This document shows positions 22,637-33,567 of a stretch of 38,864 bases of DNA, one piece after another. Source of the stretch: Circinaria calcarea (taxonomy: Eukaryota); NCBI GenBank assembly GCA_051942165.1, contig JAVECS010000028.1:1-38864 (forward strand). The letters are read 5' to 3'. The position numbers and the translations under genes are program-made. The notes beneath the pieces are model-generated. The model was not told where the DNA came from. It did not search any database and worked only from the letters and a program-made list of their open reading frames with translations. Each line of letters opens with the position of its first letter. The stretch's first letter is position 1.

Positions 22637-24182
22637 CTATACCGGCCCCGTTTCTGGGTTATCGAGCAGTTCGTCGTCGTCATCATCTTCGTTACTGCCA
22701 TGACCCATTCCCTCGTCCTCATCCTCGGAAAATAGCATTTCCTCTTTGTCATCTTCATCGTGAAGGCCTCTACCCAGCATCTCCTCCTGATCACTGGACA
22801 AGGAGGGCTCGTCAGGCATTTGGAACGCCGTCTCGGGTTCTTCATTGTCCAGCATCTCGTCTGATGCACGATGTTGGTCCGCGGCAGGGGTCTGAAGTGG
22901 CTTTAGTTTACGAGCCGCCTGGCGGTCGAAGAGGCGGTGTTGGATCAAGTTCCAGAGACGGGTCTGGAGGGCTACTGTAAGAGTCTGTGGGGACATGGTA
23001 AGGAAGGGGATGCCATTGAGTTCGGCTTCCGGTTCGCAATTAAGAGGTGAGGACAATAGTGTGTCGATTTTGGAGCCAAGCACAGCCGATTTGGCGCGGC
23101 GGTGTATGGAGGCTATGGAATGAGATATTCTAGGAAGGAAGCGGTTGCGCTGACAGACTGCCTGTAAGAATTACCAACGGCAGCCTTGGAAAAGGGCTAA
23201 GGTCTGTACTTACATGGAGGTAGCCAGGGCTGAACAAGGCGGGGGAGATCTCTGCGAGTTTAGGGCCGGGAGAGATCTCTTTCCTTTCAACACCAGGGGA
23301 CAAGCGTATCTTGGTATCGTAGATGAATGAACGTAATATAGCGTCGACGATTTTTACCGCAGCGGTTATATCTAGAGCTTGGCGGTTTGGGGTGGAAATC
23401 GAACTGGAGCTCTTCCTTTTCCTCTTCTTTGCACTCGTGCGTGGTGTGACGGTGAAGTATGAGTTGGGAGTTTTCCCCGTTAGGTCAATATTTATCAACG
23501 GCCTAAATTCCGCAGAACAAAGATCGTTATCTTCAAATAGAATATCGTTGCCAGAGGTCTTTCCAGGGTAATCAGATATCTTATGTTTGATCCTCTTGCG
23601 CACAATTTGGCTTGTCCTCAAGAAAATCAGATCGATCCTAACCTCTTCCAGCCCAGCGCAGGGAATGTCGGCCGGAGGTCTAGTATCGGAAACGATGAGT
23701 GTGCGTGCTTTAGTGGCGGATTTCGAGTTCCAGAAGGGCTGTGGACCATGCTTAAGTGAAAGTATCAACGTGGCCGAGCTGTCTGTATCGTCTATTTTAC
23801 AAGATGGATTACTAAGAGAAGGTTGAAGGTAAAGCTGAGACCACATCTAACAAATTTCTTAGTGGTAAGCAGCAACGTAAGATCAAAGATAGATTGAAAC
23901 CTCTGCGTTTTTGAGAAAGGAGCCCATATCTTCTATCAGGTCCCGTAATTCGAACTCATCCATACCTATACCATCTATTTTTATATGCAGAAAAATCTTG
24001 AGATCATTACCGCGGGCAATCCACAACCCACCAGCCGTGACTAAATCAATGCCACGGGTTATTTTCCAGGCAGGGAAGTCTAGCGGGCAACTAAGTCGTA
24101 TGGAGCACGTTGAGGAAACTTGTAGGCAAAGCTCCGTAAAACTATGAACGAGATTGCCAACCTCAACTAGTGCAGTCGACAT
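22637..24182 (-). CDS. Rec102/TOP6BL-like Spo11 partner (TopoVIB-like), ~479 aa with acidic tail
   Basis: Exons 24182-23901, 23846-23214 and 23161-22637 splice in phase 0 without internal stops. LKIFLHIKIDG..EFELRDLIEDMGSFLKNAEMWSQLYLQ..TLILSLKH and LAEISPALFS..FLPRISHSI parallel recalled yeast Rec102 segments (LKIKLNFKM..QELFTKLREIVGSSIRFWEEQLFYQ..VILSLKC; LEFEYPMVFS..LAPISYAL). Confidence 0.6.
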
Positions 24183-24449
24183 GATATAGAATTACAGAAA
24201 GTCCCTAAGAATTGTTGTGACAGTGACTCCAATCGACTTGGGGGAATATCGCCAGGGGAGGGTCGTCCAGTTATTTTAGCGGCGATTCACTGCCGTAAAA
24301 CTCAGCGGTACTCCGTATGGAATTCTTAATACAACGCTATTCTAAGGCTTTTCTGGTTAGAGCTCAATCTTAGTCTCATCACCCTCGAGGGAGAAAAACT
24401 AATAGCAGCGATAATTGTTTCCTTAACCTTCCTCTTCGGGCAACCATGT

Positions 24450-26440
24450 CAAGCGTTTAAGCGAACCCATGAAATTTGACGCCGTCCCGAAGCCACCCGA
24501 GAAGAAGTCATCTCATAGTATTGGGATTTCGGCGGCTAAACCCAGTGAAGTGGCTACTCATTCTATGATACCAAGTTGAATTGCTAACCGAAGGAAAAAT
24601 TCAAGAGTTTCAGCTTTAACCAAGCACTTTAAGCAATCAAGTCGTGAGTTCGAGAAAAAAACGCCTTCAGGAGCGCCGAAAGCGGGCAGCAAAGAGTGGA
24701 CAGTCTCGTGCGTATCCTATGGCATCATTGAAGTCTGTTGTGGAGGTCTACCGCAATGTTCATGGGGCTGTTGAAGAGAGAACCAGCGGATGAGATTCAC
24801 TTGAAATCAAGCCGTCTCATCGTGAACTCCAAGGTTCAACTTCTACCGCGGATGGCATGCCCCTTAACGATGAATTGAACACTGCGGGTGACGTTTCACA
24901 CACAGAGAGTACTGCCACTGAGGAAACTGCTGCGGAGGACACAGCTGTGGAGGACACTGCTGCGGAGGACACTGTTGCAGAGTATACATAAACGGATGAT
25001 AATACCCATGTGGACAGCCACCCCGGTCCCGACGCAGAGAACGAAACGACTCGAAGTGACAAGGAGACCCTACTAGTTGAGATCGCAGATCTGCCTAAGA
25101 AGGACGGTGTGTTGTCGCCATGTAAGGAGCAGCTTGATCTAAAGCTTGAGCTACGGAAGCACGAAAAGACATCGCTCATGAGAATGCTGACAAACATCTG
25201 GGCTGAGAAGTCTGCGAGCGGATGGCAACCATTAAAGTATCCATTTGATCAACCGGATTGATTCAGACAATTCTGCGCGACAACGAACCTGCTCACTGAT
25301 CACTTTCACCCTGGGCTCTGAAGATTATTAGGTCAAGCTATAGAAGAATCAGGAGAAAAGTGGTGGTCTTAGAGGAAGGCATGATAGGAGCCATCTGCGA
25401 ATTACTCTACTTGATACTGACGAGCTGATGGAGGTTGAACGATCTCTCCTACGATCGACCGGCACCCATCTCAAGTATCAATTCCAAGAGGGCTCGGCAA
25501 AGATGCTTTGCAAGTTTTTCTACGCCGAACAAATCGATGCTGTTCGCCGGAAATGTGGCGTTGCAGAGCGAATCGTCGAGTCCTTATCTAGATATTTGAA
25601 ATGGGATTCCAAAGGTGGCAAAACTAAGTCGGTCTTCCTCAAGACACTCGACGATCGCCTTGTTCTCAAATTCTCTCTCCCCCATCGAGACGCAAGCCTT
25701 CCTTCGGTTTGCTCCCGCTTACTTTTGGATCATGTCCGAGGCCCTGGTTCCACGCGCTTCCGTCTGAAGATGCTCTTGTTCTACCAGATTGTCATCAAGA
25801 GCCCCGTCACTGGCGTCGAGTTCAACTGGTTCCTCCTCGTCATGGAGATCCTCTTCTACGACCGCTCGCCTACGCGCATCTTCGATCTTAAAGGCTTTAT
25901 GCGCAACCGGCGCATCCAATCCACGGGCGAGCAGAAGGAAGTCCTCTTGGACGAAAACATGGTCGAGTTCATCTATAAGTCGCCCCTGTCTGCGCGCTAG
26001 CATCCCAAGAAGCTTCTCAGAGCAAGCGTCTTCAATGGCACACTGTTCCTCTCGCGGCAGAACGTCATGGACTACTCGCTCATGATCGCCATCGACGAGG
26101 GCAGGAAAGAGTTGGTCGTGGGCATCATTGATTGTATCCGCACCTATACCTGGGACAAGAAGCTCGAGAGCTGGATAAAGGACCGCGGGAAGAATCGGTC
26201 CACGGTCACGTCGTCGAGGAGCCGGTTCAGGGAAGTGGTGGGGAGATATGTGCTCCAGGCGTCTGAGTAAGTCATTCCCCGCCCCTTCCTAGCCTGCGGT
26301 GGAAACGTGAATTTGGTACTAACGGTCACTTGCAGCTGCTGGCACCAGTTCCAAGCGCTACAGATCGTGGCGCGGCCGACACGGTTTGACGATCGGGTTT
26401 CTAGTCCCGACATGAAGTTTAAGCAGGTGATTGGGGTCTG
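24450..26440 (+). pseudogene. FAB1: Fab1/PIKfyve PI3P 5-kinase C-terminal fragment (PIP5K domain), decayed
   Basis: VSALTKHFKQSSREFEK, HEKTSLMRMLTNIWAEKSASGWQPL, HLKYQFQEGSAKMLCK..WDSKGGKTKSVFLKTLDDR, RIFDLKG..RNR, VMDYSLMIAIDE..VVGIIDCIRTYTWDKKLESWIK. Stops, frameshifts and deletions. The last intron (GTAAGT ~26267..CAG 26335) is retained. FYVE/CCT N-terminal region absent. Confidence 0.93.
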
Positions 26441-28320
26441 AGGGCCTTAAGTACTAGTGAGTTTGAGATGTGCATAGCGAAAGGATCATTGTCGTGTATT
26501 AGGGGGGATTACAATACTTATGTAGAGGGATATATCAGGGGATGATGGTTACATTCGTATTGGAGGAGCGGTTTTTTTATGGACTAGGATAGATTGTAGT
26601 TACGACTTATGAAGATTGTTTATAAAAACAAGGCTTAAGCGGAGCTTAGCTCTAGTAGAGAAAATGGAAGTTTTCAGTAAGATTTTCGCTCGTTCTCGCA
26701 TTCTGCCCCAGCAGCTCCTATTATATCTTTGCCGAAATGTCCCCAAGGGATGCATTCCCGATATCCAAGCGCCAGGGTGACGATTCGAGAACTAAGATGG
26801 TGTTCTGAGTTGCAGCCGGTGAGAGGAGAAGTTCCGTAGCTGCATTTGGTCCTCTGGCATATCCTATCTGAAATACGTAGTCCAGAGCCGGTACTAGTGG
26901 GTCTGCAGCCCTTTGAGTGTAAGTCCTAGCCAAGGTACTGGACCAAGCCGGCGATGATGACGGACAGACTCTGGGATCCGTTAGGCCGATAAATCTTTGA
27001 TATGTCTATTTTACTTACATTGTGCCTCTAGGACGAAAGCAGGTTTGTCGATTTAGCGAGATTGGTAGCTTCAACGGCAACTCCTGGCAGACTGGGTTGG
27101 CAATGGGGGAAGCCGCCCTTATCTTCCTTTTCTACTTCTGCTGAGCAGCTATGCAACGTAGCGTATGCGGTTGGCTAGATTATTGCTCAATCGTGAATCA
27201 TTGTCATCCAATTACGCTTCCTTTCACCCAAACAGCGTTCCAGCCTGCGATAGTCCCGAGAAACCTTCTCCAAGAAATCTATAGGCCATACTTTCGCGGG
27301 GCTGCACAGTATTCTTACTGGTTGATTCCTTGCCGTGTTCGAGACGGCGGATTCAGTACCTTTGCGGTGCTCCCTAGCGTAAGGATCCTCCCCATGTAAT
27401 CAGGCTGGTCTTCACTTTCAACTTTCAAATTCACACGGATTCTTCCACTTTGATCTTGACTATACAATGGCCGGGTACCACCACTAGTCCTAGGAAGCGA
27501 CTCGTCATATCTGCTTTCTTCATCTCTAGTGGTGAGTGCGAGTCTGCAGTCGGTGATGTAGATGCGAGCGTGAGCGTAAATTGAGTAGTGGGAGGACAGT
27601 ACTCATAGCAGCGGGCGAGGATGACATTGCGTTCCTGTTTCGGGGTAGGTTAGCCATGTAGTTAGGTTCGATAGAAGAGACAGGCCAAGAAAGTACATCG
27701 TCGGTGCATTTGAACTCGCCGACGAACATGCGGGTGTCGTTGGTGTGAACTCAAAGGAGCTTATTGAGAAGGGATGTCAGGTAGTTTGTCGCGTCAGTTG
27801 GGTCCATTGGGAAGAAAACCGAAGGTTCTCAAATCAGTGAATTGGGAACGGGATGAGATAAAGATGCCCTACCCTATCTCGATAAGGATGTGGGAACAAG
27901 GGGGCTCAACAAGACTCCTAGTATCTCGGCTTAGGGGGGCAGTGAGGCGCTACCTTTATCACCAATATCCTCTGATTTGAACTCACACCTCTCTACAACT
28001 AACACCTTGAATATTATGGTATTATATATGAGAATATCTATAAACTACTCCGTTCGCTTTAGAAGAAGCTATGATATCTACATTCTTTGCGTGTTTTGGC
28101 GAGCTTCGGCACCAAACCTCCCAATACTTGCCCTAAAGCACAAAGTAAGTACCGAATTCTACTTTTCTTGCACCCTCATTCTTGCCGTCCGAGAGCTTCC
28201 CTCCGTCTCAATCCTTCACTTCACCTTTAGCTTGGTATAGTGACTGCTAGCTCGTTGACTGCTATTGTCCTGGCGGCTTTGCAGTCTTGCTCTCACTTCT
28301 CTCACTTCACCATCGTATCC

Positions 28321-30114
28321 ATGATGAAGCTTTTTACTGGTTTCGATGTTCGAGTCTCCCGTTTACCGAAAGCTCCAAAATACAATCGGCTTTCCGTTTC
28401 AACTCACACCATTAGACCACCGGCCCAGGATTAGGATCCTCTGAAATGTAAGCCAACTCACAGATGGACGACGGAAGAACGGACGGTACTCTGCACCCTC
28501 CAGAGGTGGTTTTCGTCTTCCGAGGAGGGTAACAATCGAATGATCACACTTCAGGCTATACGCAAGGTGTTCGTCCTCTACTTTGCTAATAGTTCTGTTG
28601 AGTCGAAAAGCACTAGGGCTGGGCTTAGTAATGGCGCGGTTGCCTCGCAACTTGCTGAAATTTTGCAAGAAGGACTAGGTAGTCTGGCTTGGAGAAATGT
28701 GTATATTGGCACCAACTTTATCAATGGTAAAAATGACTGGGCCAATACGAGAGCTGAGCTAATGGTAACTGCTCGTGAGAATCATATTGGCTTGATTGAT
28801 CAAGTCTTGGAGAATAAAGAACAAGTCGAGGCAAGGCTAGGCACAGGGATCAAGCGGAAGAAGGAAGAGAGATGGGATTATAAGACAGGTGTTTTAGGCA
28901 ATATAATCGACTGTATGAATACTAACGAAGATGATGAAACGCTTATCTGGAAAAGGCGTAATACATATGCGCCGAGATTTCTGTCAACTCCTCGAAAACG
29001 ATATTATTAAAAAGAAATCGGTCTTCTTGCACCTCTCACAAGTCCGGATAAGATACCTTTAAGCTATATAGGGATGTTGTCAGAAGACATGTGACTTGGC
29101 GTTTAAGATAGGGGATGATCCGAGGTATTTTTAGAATCGAAGGACCTATCGAAATAGAACTACTCGTTTCTAACATTTCACAATTATGGCATAAACACTG
29201 CCAAAGGTTTCCGTGCTGGGGCGTTCCTCTTCCGTCAGCCGATCCGTCGCCGCCGCCAAATTACACCAGTCAAGTCTTTAAAGAAACTGCTATTATTCAT
29301 CTGACGCCACTCGAGAAGCCATCTTCTTTGATCTCTGTGACAATGTCGCCATTACGACCCCTACACAGATGTTTAAAGTCTATATCCAATGGTAGTATTG
29401 CTATTATCGATCTACAGTATCTTGCACTCCATCAGTCATGCGCTTACCCTCGCCTGTACAACACTGGCGATGTCATCCATCAATTCGGAATCCGGGGAGT
29501 CAATTTAAAGACGGGTCAGAAGTACTACTCCAATCGAGCTCGTGAGGTGAGTAAATATAGCTCATAGCATATCAATACTAACTGGCGACAGTTCCTCTTC
29601 GGGGAACGTATCGAAGCGGAGGCCATTTTAGTAGTTTTCTCGAAATCCGATTTCTTGGAATACTCTAAAACACATCCTAAACTTCGGAAAATGCTGCGCT
29701 TGGATACTTTCCAAGAAGCGAAAACGGCAAATGAGAACACTAAAGGACTGAAGAGAACGGGTTTGAAGGCCATAGGTCATAGTCTCGGTCATTTCCTTGC
29801 CTGCGTCGTCAAATTACCCCTTGCTCGCCTGAGATCTGCCGCACTGCTTTTTACGCGATCTTTTAGATCTGAGGGTAACCGAAACCCGTGACTAGCGTTA
29901 CTTACCGGCGTTGAGACTGGGTATCATGATTACCTTCGCCAACTGCTCCTTATGGGAAATCTACCCACTATTACAGTGGTCATCGAACGTCTTCACAAGC
30001 CACAGAAGGGAGCAGAGAAAGACTTGGAGTTCTTTAAGAGCCGCGAGAGAATCGAGAACATGCTTGGACTCAACGGGCGTTAATCACCGCCTAGACGATC
30101 TATGGACTATCTAG
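28321..30114 (+). pseudogene. Fungal hypothetical with N-terminal HRWTxEER motif and C-terminal ADP-ribosyltransferase-like (DUF7587-like) region, decayed
   Basis: In-frame stops at 28432 and 29008. Motifs HRWTTEERTVLCTLQRWF; SLISVTMSPLRPLHR..IAIIDL..RARE|intron|FLFGERIEAEAI. Domain call from recalled motif pattern only. Confidence 0.5.
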
Positions 30115-31299
30115 GATGTGCACCAGGTTGTGCACTCGCTTCAGAAGTATCCCCCTCTCTTTCCTCGATAGCCTACGAGCTCAACGATTTCTCATAATGT
30201 ATTCCTCGGTTCTACACGTCAATTCTGTCATTTCCAGAAAGCCGACGGTGAGTTCTATCTCACTACTGCCAAGACTCTCCTACAGATTTACTGTCTCCAT
30301 CTTCCCTCCGGGATCTCAGATCTACACGGACACTGCATCCAGTACGCTTGTCAGTTACTGCAGGTAATTCTCGTCTTCTCATTCTCTTGTGCAGCCGACA
30401 GAAGATCTTCGATACGGTATATGGTCAGATGTCTGCAAATGCACGAGCACGTTGGACCAGGTCAGGCATGTCAGACACCGGGTTCGAAATCTAAGTCATG
30501 CATCCTTTCCCTTCTCAAGATGAAATGACTGCATATAGAAAATCCTTCACGTGCACACTCCATCCTCTATATTCTCTCCGTACTCCCATCTCGTTCTTCT
30601 TCTCCTTTTAGATAGCTGGACGGCCAATGAAATGCAAGAGGATAATTTCCGTTGGGTAATTGAAATCAAAAAGACTACTTACTGTACTTTCTATGTGACA
30701 CCGATGCGGTGAGCCCCTGATTGGTAATCCTACTATTCGGACGTAGTTGAAATCCTATGTTTTAAGGCGGTATGAGGGTACGTTTATAGAGTTTAGGTCA
30801 TAGCATATATGCATTGAGATAGATACCGACCCAGATCCCTGGGAAGTGTACGAATATCAGATGGGCGCTGATCACAGTACGGACATATTTACATGAACTC
30901 GGGGCGCTGCTGGCTTGAATGCAGTACATCTTAATCTCGAATCGCCTTGCAGGCAGGCAAGTATCTTATAGGATACGGGGATCTACAGACTCTCACTCCT
31001 CCATTATATCTACATCCACCTCCTCCGCTCCTCGACCCCTCTTCCCGTAGCCCTCCCTCTCCAACCCTTCCGTGCCTTGATCGGCTTCAAGAACCCATCA
31101 ACGTGAACAGCGTCAAAAATTTCATCTTCAGACTCCACTACAAAAACCAAATGCCCATGCATCTCCTTCAAATGCTTTTGGAAATTTCAGTTCCTGGCGA
31201 AGCCTCGTTTGGACCTGGAACAATCAATGACGGGACAGTATAAGATACCATTTACAATGCGGGCGCTCAGGGGCTTTAGGGGGGTTATTGGGGAAGTAT

Positions 31300-31895
31300 C
31301 GCTCAGACTATTCTCGAAATCGCTATCGCTTTGGCCTATTTCATCATCGGGATGAGGGTAGGAAGGTAAGTGGTCCCGCGTATTTTGTCGTTACCTTCCC
31401 GCAGAGTGCGGAACTCGATCCCTTCGCCGAAGAGATCGGCGCATCGTTTCGCGGTTCTGCGGATGGTGGATTGGTTCCAGCCTGTCATGGACGCGACGCT
31501 TAAGATGTCGCCCCAGTCCTGGAGACCGAGCTCTGGTCGACGACGGCTCCGACTTTGTGTCCGTGAGGTGGATGAGATGGATTTGCGGCGTTTTCTTATC
31601 GGAGGCCAGGAGGAGGCCTGTCATTGGCCAAGCCGTCCACTGCTTTGGAGGTTCCCAAATGCCATATTCGAGCATGGAATTTTCATCGTCTTCCTTAGCC
31701 TTCAGCAACTTCTGTCTTTTCTTCAAGGCATGTGCGTTGTAGAGATGAATGCTTAGATCAGCTGCCTTTACCCGGTCCAGGCTATTTGCTATAGCCCTAT
31801 CTGCCGCGGTCCAGCTTCGCCACATAGAAGGTGGATCGTGGAACTTGTTTGGACGTAATACTTCCAAGGAAGGAGATCTAGAACTTGTTCGCCGG
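31300..31895 (-). pseudogene. RRN9: RNA polymerase I factor Rrn9 fragment with internal deletion
   Basis: RPNKFHDPPSMWRSWT..SLDRVKAADLSIHLYNAHALKKR..WEPPKQWTAWPM (Rrn9 domain). After a frameshift this joins directly to the C-terminal motif DWGDILSVASMTGW..RTAKRCADLFGE. Confidence 0.85.
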
Positions 31896-31940
31896 CTTCG
31901 ATAACCCTAACCCTTACCCCCCCCTAGACACGGGGAGGAC

Positions 31941-32292
31941 AAGCGCCTGGCTATCCACGATGACGATAAATGAAAGGAGAGTTACTTTTCTCTAAAAACT
32001 AGAGGACGAAGTTGCAGAGGGCAGTTTCGCTATGCACTGCGCCGCTATGTTCGGTATACCGAACAAAGTTATCGAGCGGGCGAAGGTGGCTGCCAAAGAG
32101 AGGGACCATACCAGTCGGTTGAAAGAAAGCTTGGAGATGGCAAGAATGGGATGCTGGGTGCCACTTGGGGTACAAAGCGATGTTGCCCGGTTACTCCGCA
32201 AGGCTAACGAGGAAGTTGGGGAAACGGGTTTAGCCGTACTAAGGAAAGCGATCGAGGCTCTTTGGAATGGGCAAAAGTGTTTTAACCTCTAA
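31941..32292 (+). pseudogene. MSH6: Mismatch-repair protein Msh6 extreme C-terminal fragment
   Basis: KRLAIHDDD(frameshift)ERRVTFL*KLEDEVAEGSFAMHCAAMFGIPNKVIERAKVAAKERDHTSRLKESLE..WVPLGVQSDV matches the MutS-V terminal helix-turn-helix of fungal Msh6. A stop replaces the Y of FLYKL. Confidence 0.88.
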
Positions 32293-32707
32293 TATCATAA
32301 GGAGTCTACTATTGTCTCCCGCTGTTTGTGAGCTATATACTGGCATGTGGCTCGGCCATTGTCCGCTTAATTGCCTTTTGCGTCTTCACCGCAAGATACC
32401 CTTTAGCATATTTAATATGTAAACAGATAGAGCTGCATTTGCCATTAATTTCCTTGGCCTCGATACCTTCAAGTTTCCCGTGATCGACGTGACTCCCATG
32501 ACTGGACAAGAACGTTCTGAAAAGGTTCGCGCAGTTACCATGCATACCGAGAAAAGTAAGCCACACCGCAAATTAAGCTGTTATGTTGGCCTTCCTCGAT
32601 TACCTGATCGAACAAGCTTACGGTCATTGACGGAATGCTGTGCAACCAACGATCACTCTAACCTCCTTATACAAGCAGCGCATCGCTAAAACCTACAAAT
32701 GCCTCGC

Positions 32708-33567
32708 CTACTCTCTATCGTCACCACCTGATATCTCAGCGGCGACAACCCTGCCATCCGCAGCTTCTACGCCAACAGCCCCGACGTCGTCGAAATTGCC
32801 GCCTTCGTCCGCTGGCGCCAGGTCGCGAGAAGAGTCTTCGGCTTTTGCAATGGCGGGGTTATCTCCGTTCCCTTCATTCTTCCCGCCCTCCTCCATCGTA
32901 ACCTCTATCTGTACTGCTCGCTCTTCTTCCTCTTCATCCTGCCTGCCATCCCTTCCTCCCTTCACACGTTTCGCAAGGGGCTTCTGGACGTTGTTGTCAG
33001 CAAACGCGACCTTGGGCTTCAAAGCCGGCTTTCTCCCCTTCGTCTTAAGGGGGCACCATCTCCCCTTCCCCTTCTGCTGCTCCTTCTCCTCCCCCTCTCC
33101 CCGCTTGCACCCCATCGTCATCCTCCCCACCATCCCTTCTCTTCACGCGCTTAGATCCAGTCCTTGGAACCTTGTTATCCTCAGAGGGGCCCTTCGGCTT
33201 CAGCGCGCGCTTTCTCTGCTTCGCCTTAGGAGCAGCGTTCTCCCCGTCCCCCTGCCCCTCCACATTCCCATCCTCAAAGGTAAAGGCGGTGACGGCGTCG
33301 AGGCTCTTCTTGGCGCGCGTGAAGGCTTTGTTGGAAGATTGGGGGTTTGTGTGGTGAGTGAGAGCGGTGAGGCGGATGGATTGGGCTGTTTGGGTATTTA
33401 TTGGAGATGGGTGAGCTTGGGAGGAGGCAATGGGACTTCGTGGGGCTTACTTTGAATTCGGGCAGACACATGATTGCTGCCAGCAGGACTTTCCACTCGG
33501 TCTTGGTTAGGGAAGAGAGTGTGGTGGTTGTAGTTGGAGTGTCGAGTGAGGACGTGTCATTGTTCAT
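32708..33567 (-). pseudogene. Small fungal hypothetical (short helical N-domain + Lys-rich/acidic tail), frameshifted
   Basis: MNNDT..LTKTEWKVLLAAIMCLPEFK|intron 33450-33386|(frameshift)TALTHHTNPQSSNKAFTRAKKSL, then KAKQRKRALKPK and an acidic tail with another frame change. Confidence 0.5.

Noticed and set aside
30410..30500. tRNA-like sequence (GGTTCGAA box, gtctg/cagac stem)
   Set aside because: Could not form a convincing acceptor stem or T-stem.
32640..33455. 271-aa plus-strand ORF
   Set aside because: Antisense shadow of the purine-rich minus-strand gene; low-complexity S/P/L composition.
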